Source: Nemertoderma westbladi (lineage: Eukaryota; Animalia; Xenacoelomorpha). Taken from it: a stretch of 64,000 bases of DNA. This document shows positions 38,701 to 49,000 of this stretch, one piece after another (within the stretch, counting starts at the first letter, position 1; each line of letters begins with the position of its first letter). A model generated the notes under the pieces. It did not search any database and had not been told where the DNA came from. It saw only the letters and a list, made by a program, of their open reading frames with translations. A program made the translations under genes and the position numbers. Where the stretch lies: positions 1 through 64,000 of the forward strand of contig JAUCBJ010008300.1 of the NCBI GenBank assembly GCA_032718475.1, read 5' to 3'.

Positions 38701-38769
38701 GGAAGGCAAGATTCTCTTCCCACGACCACCTCCCTAATCCTTCAAACATCTAGGGACTCCATAACGTAA
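35719..38769 (+). CDS. gag-pro: BEL/Pao Gag-protease polyprotein with internally deleted pol (1016 aa)
   Basis: DUF1759-like Gag (KFNGDEMKWLPF...EKLRYLIECLEG), triple zinc knuckle (CVLCDGPHRLNAC, CYNCLRRGHQRRTC, CAKCGAKHHILLH), and aspartic protease (ALLDSGS, ILIGQN, YAVRTRVGWYLTGP). These are followed by only the RNase H tail (QWRYCPKKFNPTDIASRG...PDFL...EWP), YSSWNRL, and a pol-terminus-like LNHPVGRLCL. Confidence 0.9.
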   Translation: MSDTKQNLSDSLLDTMDILLGQMQETVRQFKGTVRESRLELQEVQQSIALERDKLVNTQKGIPPPSVTMCQPVRSEVLHAQGVEPTRIYTASEVETPIVNPIKGNYRPVANDIPYRPDHNPRNLYTDNSILNNTMAQESFTRQMARTEARQAVKVGEIVKFNGDEMKWLPFNEYYKDNIQNSVLSNGEKLRYLIECLEGSPKLMALKFIGHPDGLRQVWDTLNIRYGNRTNIARYLYAKLMAPRKFLSSGIIEFSDEIQEICRQLDWLGKSHEYQNSMVVGALASTLPKGGVGTRWDKKVLYMMEQQRRDPTMTDLMSFLDREVKLQLLRQSREKTLENKVSEKPVSRRRVTPVCYTDDGESQTSQGEDSGKDTDRSYVNKMPKDQVSKSKSRPNDRREPVQKTPPTSPKRIQVRKPEERTSVHHTAHVKVSNIKPKCVLCDGPHRLNACDKFLRKSLKDRREVMWDKRLCYNCLRRGHQRRTCNSDARCAKCGAKHHILLHTEFERNSPSQVSESELHVQFSDVNDTDQSEMEGFYTDEFSDQNESCYLINTTAVYRALVYEKDTDSDLTLTTSDQQPSWKAPTSNIGIREFPVVQLRVHGPQKSYIVNALLDSGSTGTFIDRELAEVIFAGQPKFRTKLNLSGIMQVWNSTVAADYYICELSTPQDELGEHSIRSVKMVAIKNFATTQADLYNWDEDESIQHLNIPRFQTDYPGVQILIGQNAHEALETLEKRPAQPQPLQPYAVRTRVGWYLTGPSRRTLRERLLQDRVCQRSKWEDDTSEGDDPTEGTPYSSDNDDISSNLDQWRYCPKKFNPTDIASRGVTPQELTDTTDRLGEPDFLSKEDEWPPHLTPTEIRPAKGAEKVKPKTRAGGAELFEPGIDLSVLHVARDDAVDLGLPSASGSFMKIRESDWSSGTSDVSQGLSPLLQRATDHYSSWNRLCDAVICFERCFYRHYSRTKRKPGIVFRMQRLNHPVGRLCLSEGNGGLSGNCGRQDSLPTTTSLILQTSRDSIT

Positions 38770-40400
38770 CAACATATGGAGTGGGTGTGTGACTCTATTA
38801 TTTTATATTATTTTATTATTTTTATATTTATGTATGTATTACTATGTAATTCTATTATAATCGTTTTCTTTAATTTTATTCAGTAGAATGTTATTTTAGC
38901 GATTATTTAGTAGATTAGTGCAATATATATTCGCGTTTATTACTTAATTACGTATATATTATATTTAATGCGACGGCAAGAAATAATTCTTTTCCTTCTT
39001 CCTTACTGTCCGTATTACATTACAAATACGTAACTACAGTAAGATGAAATGTCCGTACTTATTAAAGTACAATAAAGCCACTACTATATTCAAGTATTAT
39101 TGGTAGGCAGAGTATTAGGAATGCAAAGTTCAGATCCTCGTGTCTCGGCTAAACCAAGCTCTGGGTAGACCTTGGAAACGACTTGCCTCTTCACACTGAC
39201 ATTGCTTCGTGCGATATTGCTCTCATACCGTATATTAAATAATACATATAGTAGCGTGATGTCCCTTTAACAGTAGCGTATAACGCAAAATAAATCTGTT
39301 AAACCCTTTGACCATCTGTCATTCTAGTCGATTAAGATATCGTGGCACCCACCGATATACTTGAAAGACAAATTATAGAATCAGTGGTTAACGTCCCCAG
39401 ACAAGTTCTGGAATAAATCGGTGCCCATCTCAAATATTAATTATTTAATATTTGCAAATCTAATACGTCAAAATCTGTAAAATTCAGATCCTTTAACAAT
39501 TCTAGTCGATTAAGATATCGTAGCATTTACCGATATTCTTAAAAAGACAATTGTCATAGAATTAAGGATCTTGTGTCCCTAGACATGTTCTAGAATCAAA
39601 ATATGTCCATTTAATTATCAAATAATAAAATTTCAGGGAATAAATTTAAATTCATGCCTTTTAATGAATTTAATAAATTGCCATTTTTACGCAATTTATA
39701 AAGTTCCCAAAATTTCATTAATTAATAGATCAAGGGAGCGGAGATTTATCTTATCATGCGTATGAGTGTGTGAAAGTCTCCCAAACATAGTCAATAGCCG
39801 ATAAAATTCATAAAGTCATGTATAAAACAGAACATTGACTATTAAAGAATTACTATTAAATAACATCCCAGATCTGTATGCATTGGAATCACCCTAATTC
39901 AACCGCTAGCTTTGCATAATGTCACCATAGCAACAACCACGCTAGAATTAGAATTGAGTTAAAAGAACAATAGAAAGCTTGTCCCATTGAATAGCATAGG
40001 GAATAAATAGTGCACTGATAGTATCCAAGGATACATAATAATACAGTGACATTCTGGAAGGCATTGACTAACGGACAAGTGACCCGAGTGTGTGTAATTT
40101 GTGACAAGTTGTGTGTGTGGTACTTGTGAGTTTATAGGCGAATGTTACTACTAAGGTGTGTTTACAGTAGCTAGTCGCAATCGTAAAAGTAACCTAACTC
40201 TCCAAGGAAAACCTGAAGTACATCTAAGTCTTTGGGACGGACAGTCGAGTGACTTGTGTCGGTTGTCGTTGTCGTTGTGCGGCTACGTCGTTGGCGAAAG
40301 TACAGCGGCGACGACACATCGGCGCTGAGGATCTCGTACTGTCCGGGGGTTAATTGGAGTAGGCAGCGACGCTCGCTAGCCTGAATATAAACTCCTTATA

Positions 40401-40733
40401 ATGTGGATAAACTCATATATAGCAGACATGACGGAGTTGATGGAAGATGTTCTTGGTATCGGGGAGCGATATACTCTACTTTTGCAAGCGTTTGTTGATA
40501 GCTTAATACGCGGCGACGTTAGTCCAACTGCTGCGGAGGACGATGGTCGTTATATCGAACCGCCAATGTCCCAAGAGCAGCTCGCGCGCGAGTTGGACTA
40601 TAGAAAATTCGCTGCTCGATATACGCAGCGTAATGGTACGTATATGGTCTTCTTAACCACTGGTCATCCTATCGATTTACACAATACTGACTATGTCGAC
40701 TATATATCCTGCCCAGCGGAGTCGGAACCATAA
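40401..40733 (+). CDS. hypothetical 110-aa ORF in the 3' accessory region of element B
   Basis: ATG start and protein-like composition, within a CpG-richer segment. No recognisable family. Confidence 0.3.
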   Translation: MWINSYIADMTELMEDVLGIGERYTLLLQAFVDSLIRGDVSPTAAEDDGRYIEPPMSQEQLARELDYRKFAARYTQRNGTYMVFLTTGHPIDLHNTDYVDYISCPAESEP

Positions 40734-41829
40734 ACTGAAATCCGAATGCGAAAATTCTATTCGAAATCGACTCGAAAGAAAAGGCACTAAAGAAACAAAT
40801 AAACGCGGTAACTCCAACATATATTTGGAATTCTTGATATAATCATTGTAACTACAAATAAATATCATCCGCGTTTCCCCTACCAGACGTGCGTCTTGGG
40901 TATTATTACGGTAAATGCCCTAGACCCAGCCAATAAACGGAAAGACATAAACATCCACGGAAACGTTGTGTTAAATACAGTTGTGTTCGTTATATTTACT
41001 GGAGTTTCGAGCGAAACTTGTGACGTATCACCTATGCTCACTCGGCTCGAACGATCCTGGAGTAAACCTACGATCAGAGTCCCGGAATACTCGGTCAAAC
41101 CTCCTCATTCCTTAGTTGGACCTCAGACCTGCGATCTTGGTGGTGTCGCGGATCCTCGCGGACTGTATTCACTGTTCAAAGATCTAGTGCTACCCTAACA
41201 ATTAATCGGTAACACTCCGACAGTGATTTCTAGCTAGCCGCCCATCTTACCTAGCCGGATTGTGACGCGGACACCTAATATCACTATCCAACCGTATGGT
41301 CGTCCACGTTTAACGCGATACAACCCCTCATCAAGGTGAAGGAGAGCGTTGTACGAAACGAGTTAAACGCTATTTTATAAAGATCAAAAAGGAAACCTGC
41401 GTTTGTTCAGATAAACGTAAGTTATAACAGTGAGTCCAATCGATAAACGAATTGGCCTTATCTCAATTCGATTGGGAAATCCAGAATCTCTAAGAAGTTA
41501 TCGAACTTGGACGATCCTATTCTCTGCGAGAGTTTTTGGATGAACGTATCCAGCTACGAGCGGAGGAAAATCAGCTCGAGGAGAAGCATATCGAAACGGC
41601 AGATGCCTCGAACACAATCCTACACCTTCTGATGCAATCATATTGCACCCTTCACCCAGGAGTTATGGCCCTCCTAGTAAAGTGGCTCCCCCCAAAGAGA
41701 AAAAGACTCTTGCTAGCCTCAAAAAACTGCGTAAACGCCGTCTGCGTAAGAAAGACTAACTGTTTAGAGTATCTTTATGTTTTAGAAACTGTGATTTTTA
41801 TATTTTATAGACTGAAAATCCCATTTTCT

Positions 41830-41837
41830 GGGAGCGG
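41830..41837 (+). promoter_or_regulatory. polypurine tract of element B
   Basis: GGGAGCGG directly before the 3' LTR, preceded by a small hairpin GAAAAT-CCC-ATTTTC. Confidence 0.75.
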
Positions 41838-43066
41838 TGTAAAAGCTTTTACTGAATTGTCCGGTTATTTTTCCTTATTTTTCCCGTAAAGTACTCTGTA
41901 GTTGGTTTACCAGGCATAAAAAGGCCGTGTCCTTGCTGTACTGGTGTTTTAGCGGACATAAAAGCTATTTCTTCTGTATTTGTACTTTAGAGGACATAAT
42001 CCGTAATTCCGTGACGTAAAAGCTCGATACTCTTGAAAACAGTGTCGCTACCATGACGACGGCTAGCAGCTGATATTGCCACGTCGACGTTTCTTTGTTT
42101 CTCTGTTCTCTCGTTGTTCATGTTGACCAATCAGAGCGTTTGTGATCTCTGTGTTGGAGGTATATACAGAAACTCAGTAGTTCAGTGTTATGTTTTTGTC
42201 CAGAGCCTAAGAACCGGCTTTGGCACCTCCGTGTTTTAGTTTTTAGTCTTACACTAGTAGGTTTAATTATAAAGGGCATATATCCTTTAACGCACCTACC
42301 TGACTCATGGAATCACTGCATACTGATGACTGATGTCTGCATACTGCAGTACTGCATACACTGCATACTGTGTAACATTGTGCATACCTTTATATTGTTA
42401 TACTGCTATTTACCGTCAGTTCTTCATAATATGGTTGATGAATAATTATATTTGGAATAACGATAAACAACCCCGAAACCCAATATTCTTGATATACCGA
42501 AGGTAAGAGAGAAGGGTTACAGATAAACGATTGTGACTTATGTTAAAGTGGTTTGAAGTGAATCTAATGTTATTTGATAGACCCTACATGATTCAGTCTG
42601 TGTTCCTTTTATATGTGACTAAAATCAGTGAAGATTGGCAGATTAGTGTGCAGTATTGTGCAGCATTGTGTATGAGTGAGTCTGTTAAAGAAGCAATTCC
42701 TAAAGAATGCGCCATATATGTGAATTATAATTAAGCCATATCGTTGTGAGTAGTTTAAGTCATAACTCTGTTTATATAGATAAAGCGCCACGTCCTAAAG
42801 GAACTGTTAATATTCCCGAAGGTGAATAATATTGTCAGAGATTATATAATACTGTCAGTCGAATAATACATTAGGCTTACATAGCAATAAAATTAAACCG
42901 TCGAACCCAATCTCCCGGGAATATCCAGCGGGTGAATGGTCGCGCACGGATTGGTTTCGACTAGTGTAGTGAATCAAATACTTGTCAAAGACTAAAAACT
43001 GATTTAATATCTAGAAGACATCTTAATTTGGTGGGTTAAACTGCCAAAGGTCTGAAAGCGCGAACA
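41838..43066 (+). repeat. 3' LTR of element B (1229 bp)
   Basis: Direct repeat at offset 9533; the three short ORFs in the ORF track translate identically in both copies. Confidence 0.95.
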
Positions 43067-46000
43067 CTGTTAATATTGTTGTATTCTATTGGAGTGTTTG
43101 CTTCGTCTTTCCCCAGGAGATGGATGAATTTTGATTGTGTCAGAACACCCCCTTTTTGAGGCTCTCAGAGTGAAGAGATAAGTAGCATATCTCCCTGTTA
43201 ATATTGTTGTGTTCTAGAATATTAATTATAGTTTCATCGTGTTGTCAAAGCGGCTGGAGCCAAAGATAATATGTAATGCAATAATTCAACTCAAATATCT
43301 CAGCTAGTTCATGAATATAATGAGTATTAAATCCTTGTCAAAATAATTGGTGTTTTTCAGCAATAATTTATTAAAATCTCCTCTGATTTTTTACAAAAAA
43401 CGACATCGATTTTCATATTCATGACTTCTAACCCACTCCAAGAGATAGACAATCTTAAATGGAAGTCAAAAGAGCAGGTAACACTTACATTTATAGAAGT
43501 AATCAGCTGTTCTTTGCTTCGTCTTTCCCCTGGAGATGGATGAATTTTGATTGCCTCGGAACACCCCCTTTTTGAGGCTCTCAGAGTGAAGATATAAGTA
43601 GCCTATCTCCCTGTTAATATTGTTGTGTTCTAGAATATGTATTATAGTTTCATCGTATTGCCAAAGCGGCTGGAGCCGAACTTAATATGTGATACAATAA
43701 TTCACCTCAAATTTCTCAGCTATTTCATGAATATAATGAGTATTAAAGCCATGTCAAAATCCTTGGTGTTTTTCAGCAATAATTTATTAAAATCTCCTCT
43801 GATTTTTTACAAAAAACGACATCGATTTTCATATTCATGACTTCTAACCCACTCCAAGAGATAGACAATCTTAAATGGAGGTCAAAAGAGCAGGTAACAC
43901 TTACATTTATAGAAGTAATCAGCTGTTCTTTGCTTCGTCTTTCCCCTGGAAATGGATGCATTTTGATTGTGTCAGAACACCCCCTTTTTGAGGCTCTCGG
44001 AGTAAAGAGATAAGTAGCATATATCTCCCTGTTAATATTGTTGTGTTCTAGAATATTAATTATAGTTTCATCGTGTTGCCAAAGCGGCTGGAGCCAAAGA
44101 TAATATGTAATGCAATAATTCACCTCAAATATCTCAGCTAGTTCATAAATATAATGAGTATTAAATCCTTGTCAAAATCCTTGGTGTTTTTCAGCAATAA
44201 TTTATTAAAATCTCCTCTGATTTTTTACAAAAAACGACATCGATTTTTATATTCATGACTTCTAACCCACTCCAAGAGATAGACAATCTTAAATGAAAGT
44301 CAAAAGAGCAGGTAACACTTACATTTATAGAAGTAATCAGCTGTTCTTTGCTTCGTCTTTCCCCTGGAGATGGATGAATTTGATTGCGTCGGAACACCCC
44401 CTTTTTGAGGCTTTCAGAGTGAAGATATAAGTAGCCTATCTCCCTGTTAATATTGTTGTGTTCTAGAATATTTAATATAGTTTCATCGTATTGCCAATGC
44501 GGCTGGAGCCCAAGTTAATATGTGATACAATAATTCACCTCAAATTTCTCAGCTATTTTATGAATATAATGAGTATTAAAGCCATGTCAAAATCCTTGGG
44601 CTTTCAGCAATAATTTATCAAAATATTCTCAGATTTTTTACAAAAAACGACATCGATTTTCATATTTATAACTTCTAACCCACTCCAAGAGATAGAGAAT
44701 CTTAAACGAAAGTCATAAGAACAGGTAACACTTACATTTATAGAAGTAATCAGCTGTAATTTGCTTCGTCTTTCCCCAGGAGATGGATGAATTTTGATTG
44801 CGTCGGAACACCCCCTTTCTGAAGCTCTCAGAGTGGAGAGATAAGTAGCCTATCTTCCTGTTAATATTGTTGTGTTCTAGAATATTTATTATAGTTTCAT
44901 CGTATAGCCAAAGCGGCTGGAGCCAAAGATAATATGTAATGCAATAATTCACCTCAAATATCTCAGCTAGTTCATGAATATAATGAGTATTAAATCTTTG
45001 TCAAAATCCTTGGTGTTTTTCAGCAATAATTTATTAAAATCTCCTCTGATTTTTTACAAAAAACGACATCGATTTTCATATTCATGACTTCTAACCCACT
45101 CCAAGAGATAGACAATCTTAAATGGAAGTCAAAAGAGCAGGTAACACTTACATTTATAGAAGTAATCAGCTGTTCTTTGCTTCGTCTTTCCCCTGGAGAT
45201 GGATGAATTTTGATTGCGTCGGAACACCCCCTTTTTGAGGCTCTCAGAGTGAAGATATAAGTAGCCTATCTCCCTGTTAATATTGTTGTATTCTATTGGA
45301 GTGTTTGCTTCGTCTTTCCCCAGGAGATGGATGAATTTTGATTGTGTCAGAACACCCCCTTTTTGAGGCTCTCAGAGTGAAGATATAAGTAGCCTATCTC
45401 CCTGTTAATATTGTTGTGTTCTAGAATATGTATTATAGTTTCATCGTATTGCCAAAGCGGCTGGAGCCGAACTTAATATGTGATACAATAATTCACCTCA
45501 AATTTCTCAGCTATTTCATGAATATAATGAGTATTAAAGCCATGTCAAAATCCTTGGTGTTTTTCAGCAATAATTTATTAAAATCTCCTCTGATTTTTTA
45601 CAAAAAACGACATCGATTTTCATATTCATGACTTCTAACCCACTCCAAGAGATAGACAATCTTAAATGGAGGTCAAAAGAGCAGGTAACACTTACATTTA
45701 TAGAAGTAATCAGCTGTTCTTTGCTTCGTCTTTCCCCTGGAAATGGATGCATTTTGATTGTGTCAGAACACCCCCTTTTTGAGGCTCTCGGAGTAAAGAG
45801 ATAAGTAGCATATATCTCCCTGTTAATATTGTTGTGTTCTAGAATATTAATTATAGTTTCATCGTGTTGCCAAAGCGGCTGGAGCCAAAGATAATATGTA
45901 ATGCAATAATTCACCTCAAATATCTCAGCTAGTTCATAAATATAATGAGTATTAAATCCTTGTCAAAATCCTTGGTGTTTTTCAGCAATAATTTATTAAA

Positions 46001-49000
46001 ATCTCCTCTGATTTTTTACAAAAAACGACATCGATTTTTATATTCATGACTTCTAACCCACTCCAATAGATAGACAATCTTAAATGAAAGTCAAAGGGAG
46101 CAGGTAACACTTACATTTATAGAAGTAATCAGCTGTTCTTTGCTTCGTCTTTCCCCTGGAGATGGATGAATTTTGATTGCGTCGGAACACCCCCTTTTTG
46201 AGGCTCTCAGAGTGAAGATATAAGTAGCCTATCTCCCTGTTAATATTGTTGTGTTCTAGAATATGTATTATAGTTTCATCGTATTGCCAAAGCGGCTGGA
46301 GCCGAACTTAATATGTGATACAATAATTCACCTCAAATTTCTCAGCTATTTCATGAATATAATGAGTATTAAAGCCATGTCAAAATCCTTGGTGTTTTTC
46401 AGCAATAATTTATGAAAATCTCCTCTGATTTTTTACAAAAAACGACATCGATTTTCATATTCATGACTTCTAACCCACTCCAAGAGATAGACAATCTTAA
46501 ATGGAAGTCAAAAGAGCAGGTAACACTTACATTTATAGAAGTAATCAGCTGTTCTTTGCTTCGTCTTTCCCCTGGAGATGGATGAATTTTGATTGCGTCG
46601 GAACACCCCCTTTTTGAGGCTCTCAGAGTGAAGATATAAGTAGCCTATCTCCCTGTTAATATTGTTGTATTCTATTGGAGTGTTTGCTTCGTCTTTCCCC
46701 AGGAGATGGATGAATTTTGATTGGTCAGAACACCCCCTTTTTGAGGCTCTCAGAGTGAAGAGATAAGTAGCATATCTCCCTGTTAATATTGTTGTGTTCT
46801 AGAATATTAATTATAGTTTCATCGTGTTGTCAAAGCGGCTGGAGCCAAAGATAATATGTAATGCAATAATTCAACTCAAATATCTCAGCTAGTTCATGAA
46901 TATAATGAGTATTAAATCCTTGTCAAAATAATTGGTGTTTTTCAGCAATAATTTATTAAAATCTCCTCTGATTTTTTACAAAAAACGACATCGATTTTCA
47001 TATTCATGACTTCTAACCCACTCCAAGAGATAGACAATCTTAAATGGAAGTCAAAAGAGCAGGTAACACTTACATTTATAGAAGTAATCAGCTGTTCTTT
47101 GCTTCGTCTTTCCCCTGGAGATGGATGAATTTTGATTGCCTCGGAACACCCCCTTTTTGAGGCTCTCAGAGTGAAGATATAAGTAGCCTATCTCCCTGTT
47201 AATATTGTTGTGTTCTAGAATATGTATTATAGTTTCATCGTATTGCCAAAGCGGCTGGAGCCGAACTTAATATGTGATACAATAATTCACCTCAAATTTC
47301 TCAGCTATTTCATGAATATAATGAGTATTAAAGCCATGTCAAAATCCTTGGTGTTTTTCAGCAATAATTTATTAAAATCTCCTCTGATTTTTTACAAAAA
47401 ACGACATCGATTTTCATATTCATGACTTCTAACCCACTCCAAGAGATAGACAATCTTAAATGGAGGTCAAAAGAGCAGGTAACACTTACATTTATAGAAG
47501 TAATCAGCTGTTCTTTGCTTCGTCTTTCCCCTGGAAATGGATGCATTTTGATTGTGTCAGAACACCCCCTTTTTGAGGCTCTCGGAGTAAAGAGATAAGT
47601 AGCATATATCTCCCTGTTAATATTGTTGTGTTCTAGAATATTAATTATAGTTTCATCGTGTTGCCAAAGCGGCTGGAGCCAAAGATAATATGTAATGCAA
47701 TAATTCACCTCAAATATCTCAGCTAGTTCATAAATATAATGAGTATTAAATCCTTGTCAAAATCCTTGGTGTTTTTCAGCAATAATTTATTAAAATCTCC
47801 TCTGATTTTTTACAAAAAACGACATCGATTTTTATATTCATGACTTCTAACCCACTCCAAGAGATAGACAATCTTAAATGAAAGTCAAAAGAGCAGGTAA
47901 CACTTACATTTATAGAAGTAATCAGCTGTTCTTTGCTTCGTCTTTCCCCTGGAGATGGATGAATTTGATTGCGTCGGAACACCCCCTTTTTGAGGCTTTC
48001 AGAGTGAAGATATAAGTAGCCTATCTCCCTGTTAATATTGTTGTGTTCTAGAATATTTAATATAGTTTCATCGTATTGCCAATGCGGCTGGAGCCCAAGT
48101 TAATATGTGATACAATAATTCACCTCAAATTTCTCAGCTATTTTATGAATATAATGAGTATTAAAGCCATGTCAAAATCCTTGGGCTTTCAGCAATAATT
48201 TATCAAAATATTCTCAGATTTTTTACAAAAAACGACATCGATTTTCATATTTATAACTTCTAACCCACTCCAAGAGATAGAGAATCTTAAACGAAAGTCA
48301 TAAGAACAGGTAACACTTACATTTATAGAAGTAATCAGCTGTAATTTGCTTCGTCTTTCCCCAGGAGATGGATGAATTTTGATTGCGTCGGAACACCCCC
48401 TTTCTGAAGCTCTCAGAGTGGAGAGATAAGTAGCCTATCTTCCTGTTAATATTGTTGTGTTCTAGAATATTTATTATAGTTTCATCGTATAGCCAAAGCG
48501 GCTGGAGCCAAAGATAATATGTAATGCAATAATTCACCTCAAATATCTCAGCTAGTTCATGAATATAATGAGTATTAAATCTTTGTCAAAATCCTTGGTG
48601 TTTTTCAGCAATAATTTATTAAAATCTCCTCTGATTTTTTACAAAAAACGACATCGATTTTCATATTCATGACTTCTAACCCACTCCAAGAGATAGACAA
48701 TCTTAAATGGAAGTCAAAAGAGCAGGTAACACTTACATTTATAGAAGTAATCAGCTGTTCTTTGCTTCGTCTTTCCCCTGGAGATGGATGAATTTTGATT
48801 GCGTCGGAACACCCCCTTTTTGAGGCTCTCAGAGTGAAGATATAAGTAGCCTATCTCCCTGTTAATATTGTTGTATTCTATTGGAGTGTTTGCTTCGTCT
48901 TTCCCCAGGAGATGGATGAATTTTGATTGTGTCAGAACACCCCCTTTTTGAGGCTCTCAGAGTGAAGATATAAGTAGCCTATCTCCCTGTTAATATTGTT

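Larger units (their letters stand above)
32305..43066 (+). mobile_element. non-autonomous BEL/Pao LTR retrotransposon (element B, 10762 bp)
   Basis: Two 1229-bp TG...CA LTRs, a 5-bp TSD CTGTT (32300-32304 and 43067-43071), a PPT, and a Gag-protease ORF. No RT or integrase core. Confidence 0.93.

Noticed and set aside
41161-41535. Long ORF disrupted only by C-to-T nonsense changes
   Set aside because: Every stop codon begins with T, and the stop density here is about that expected of random sequence, so this is not evidence.
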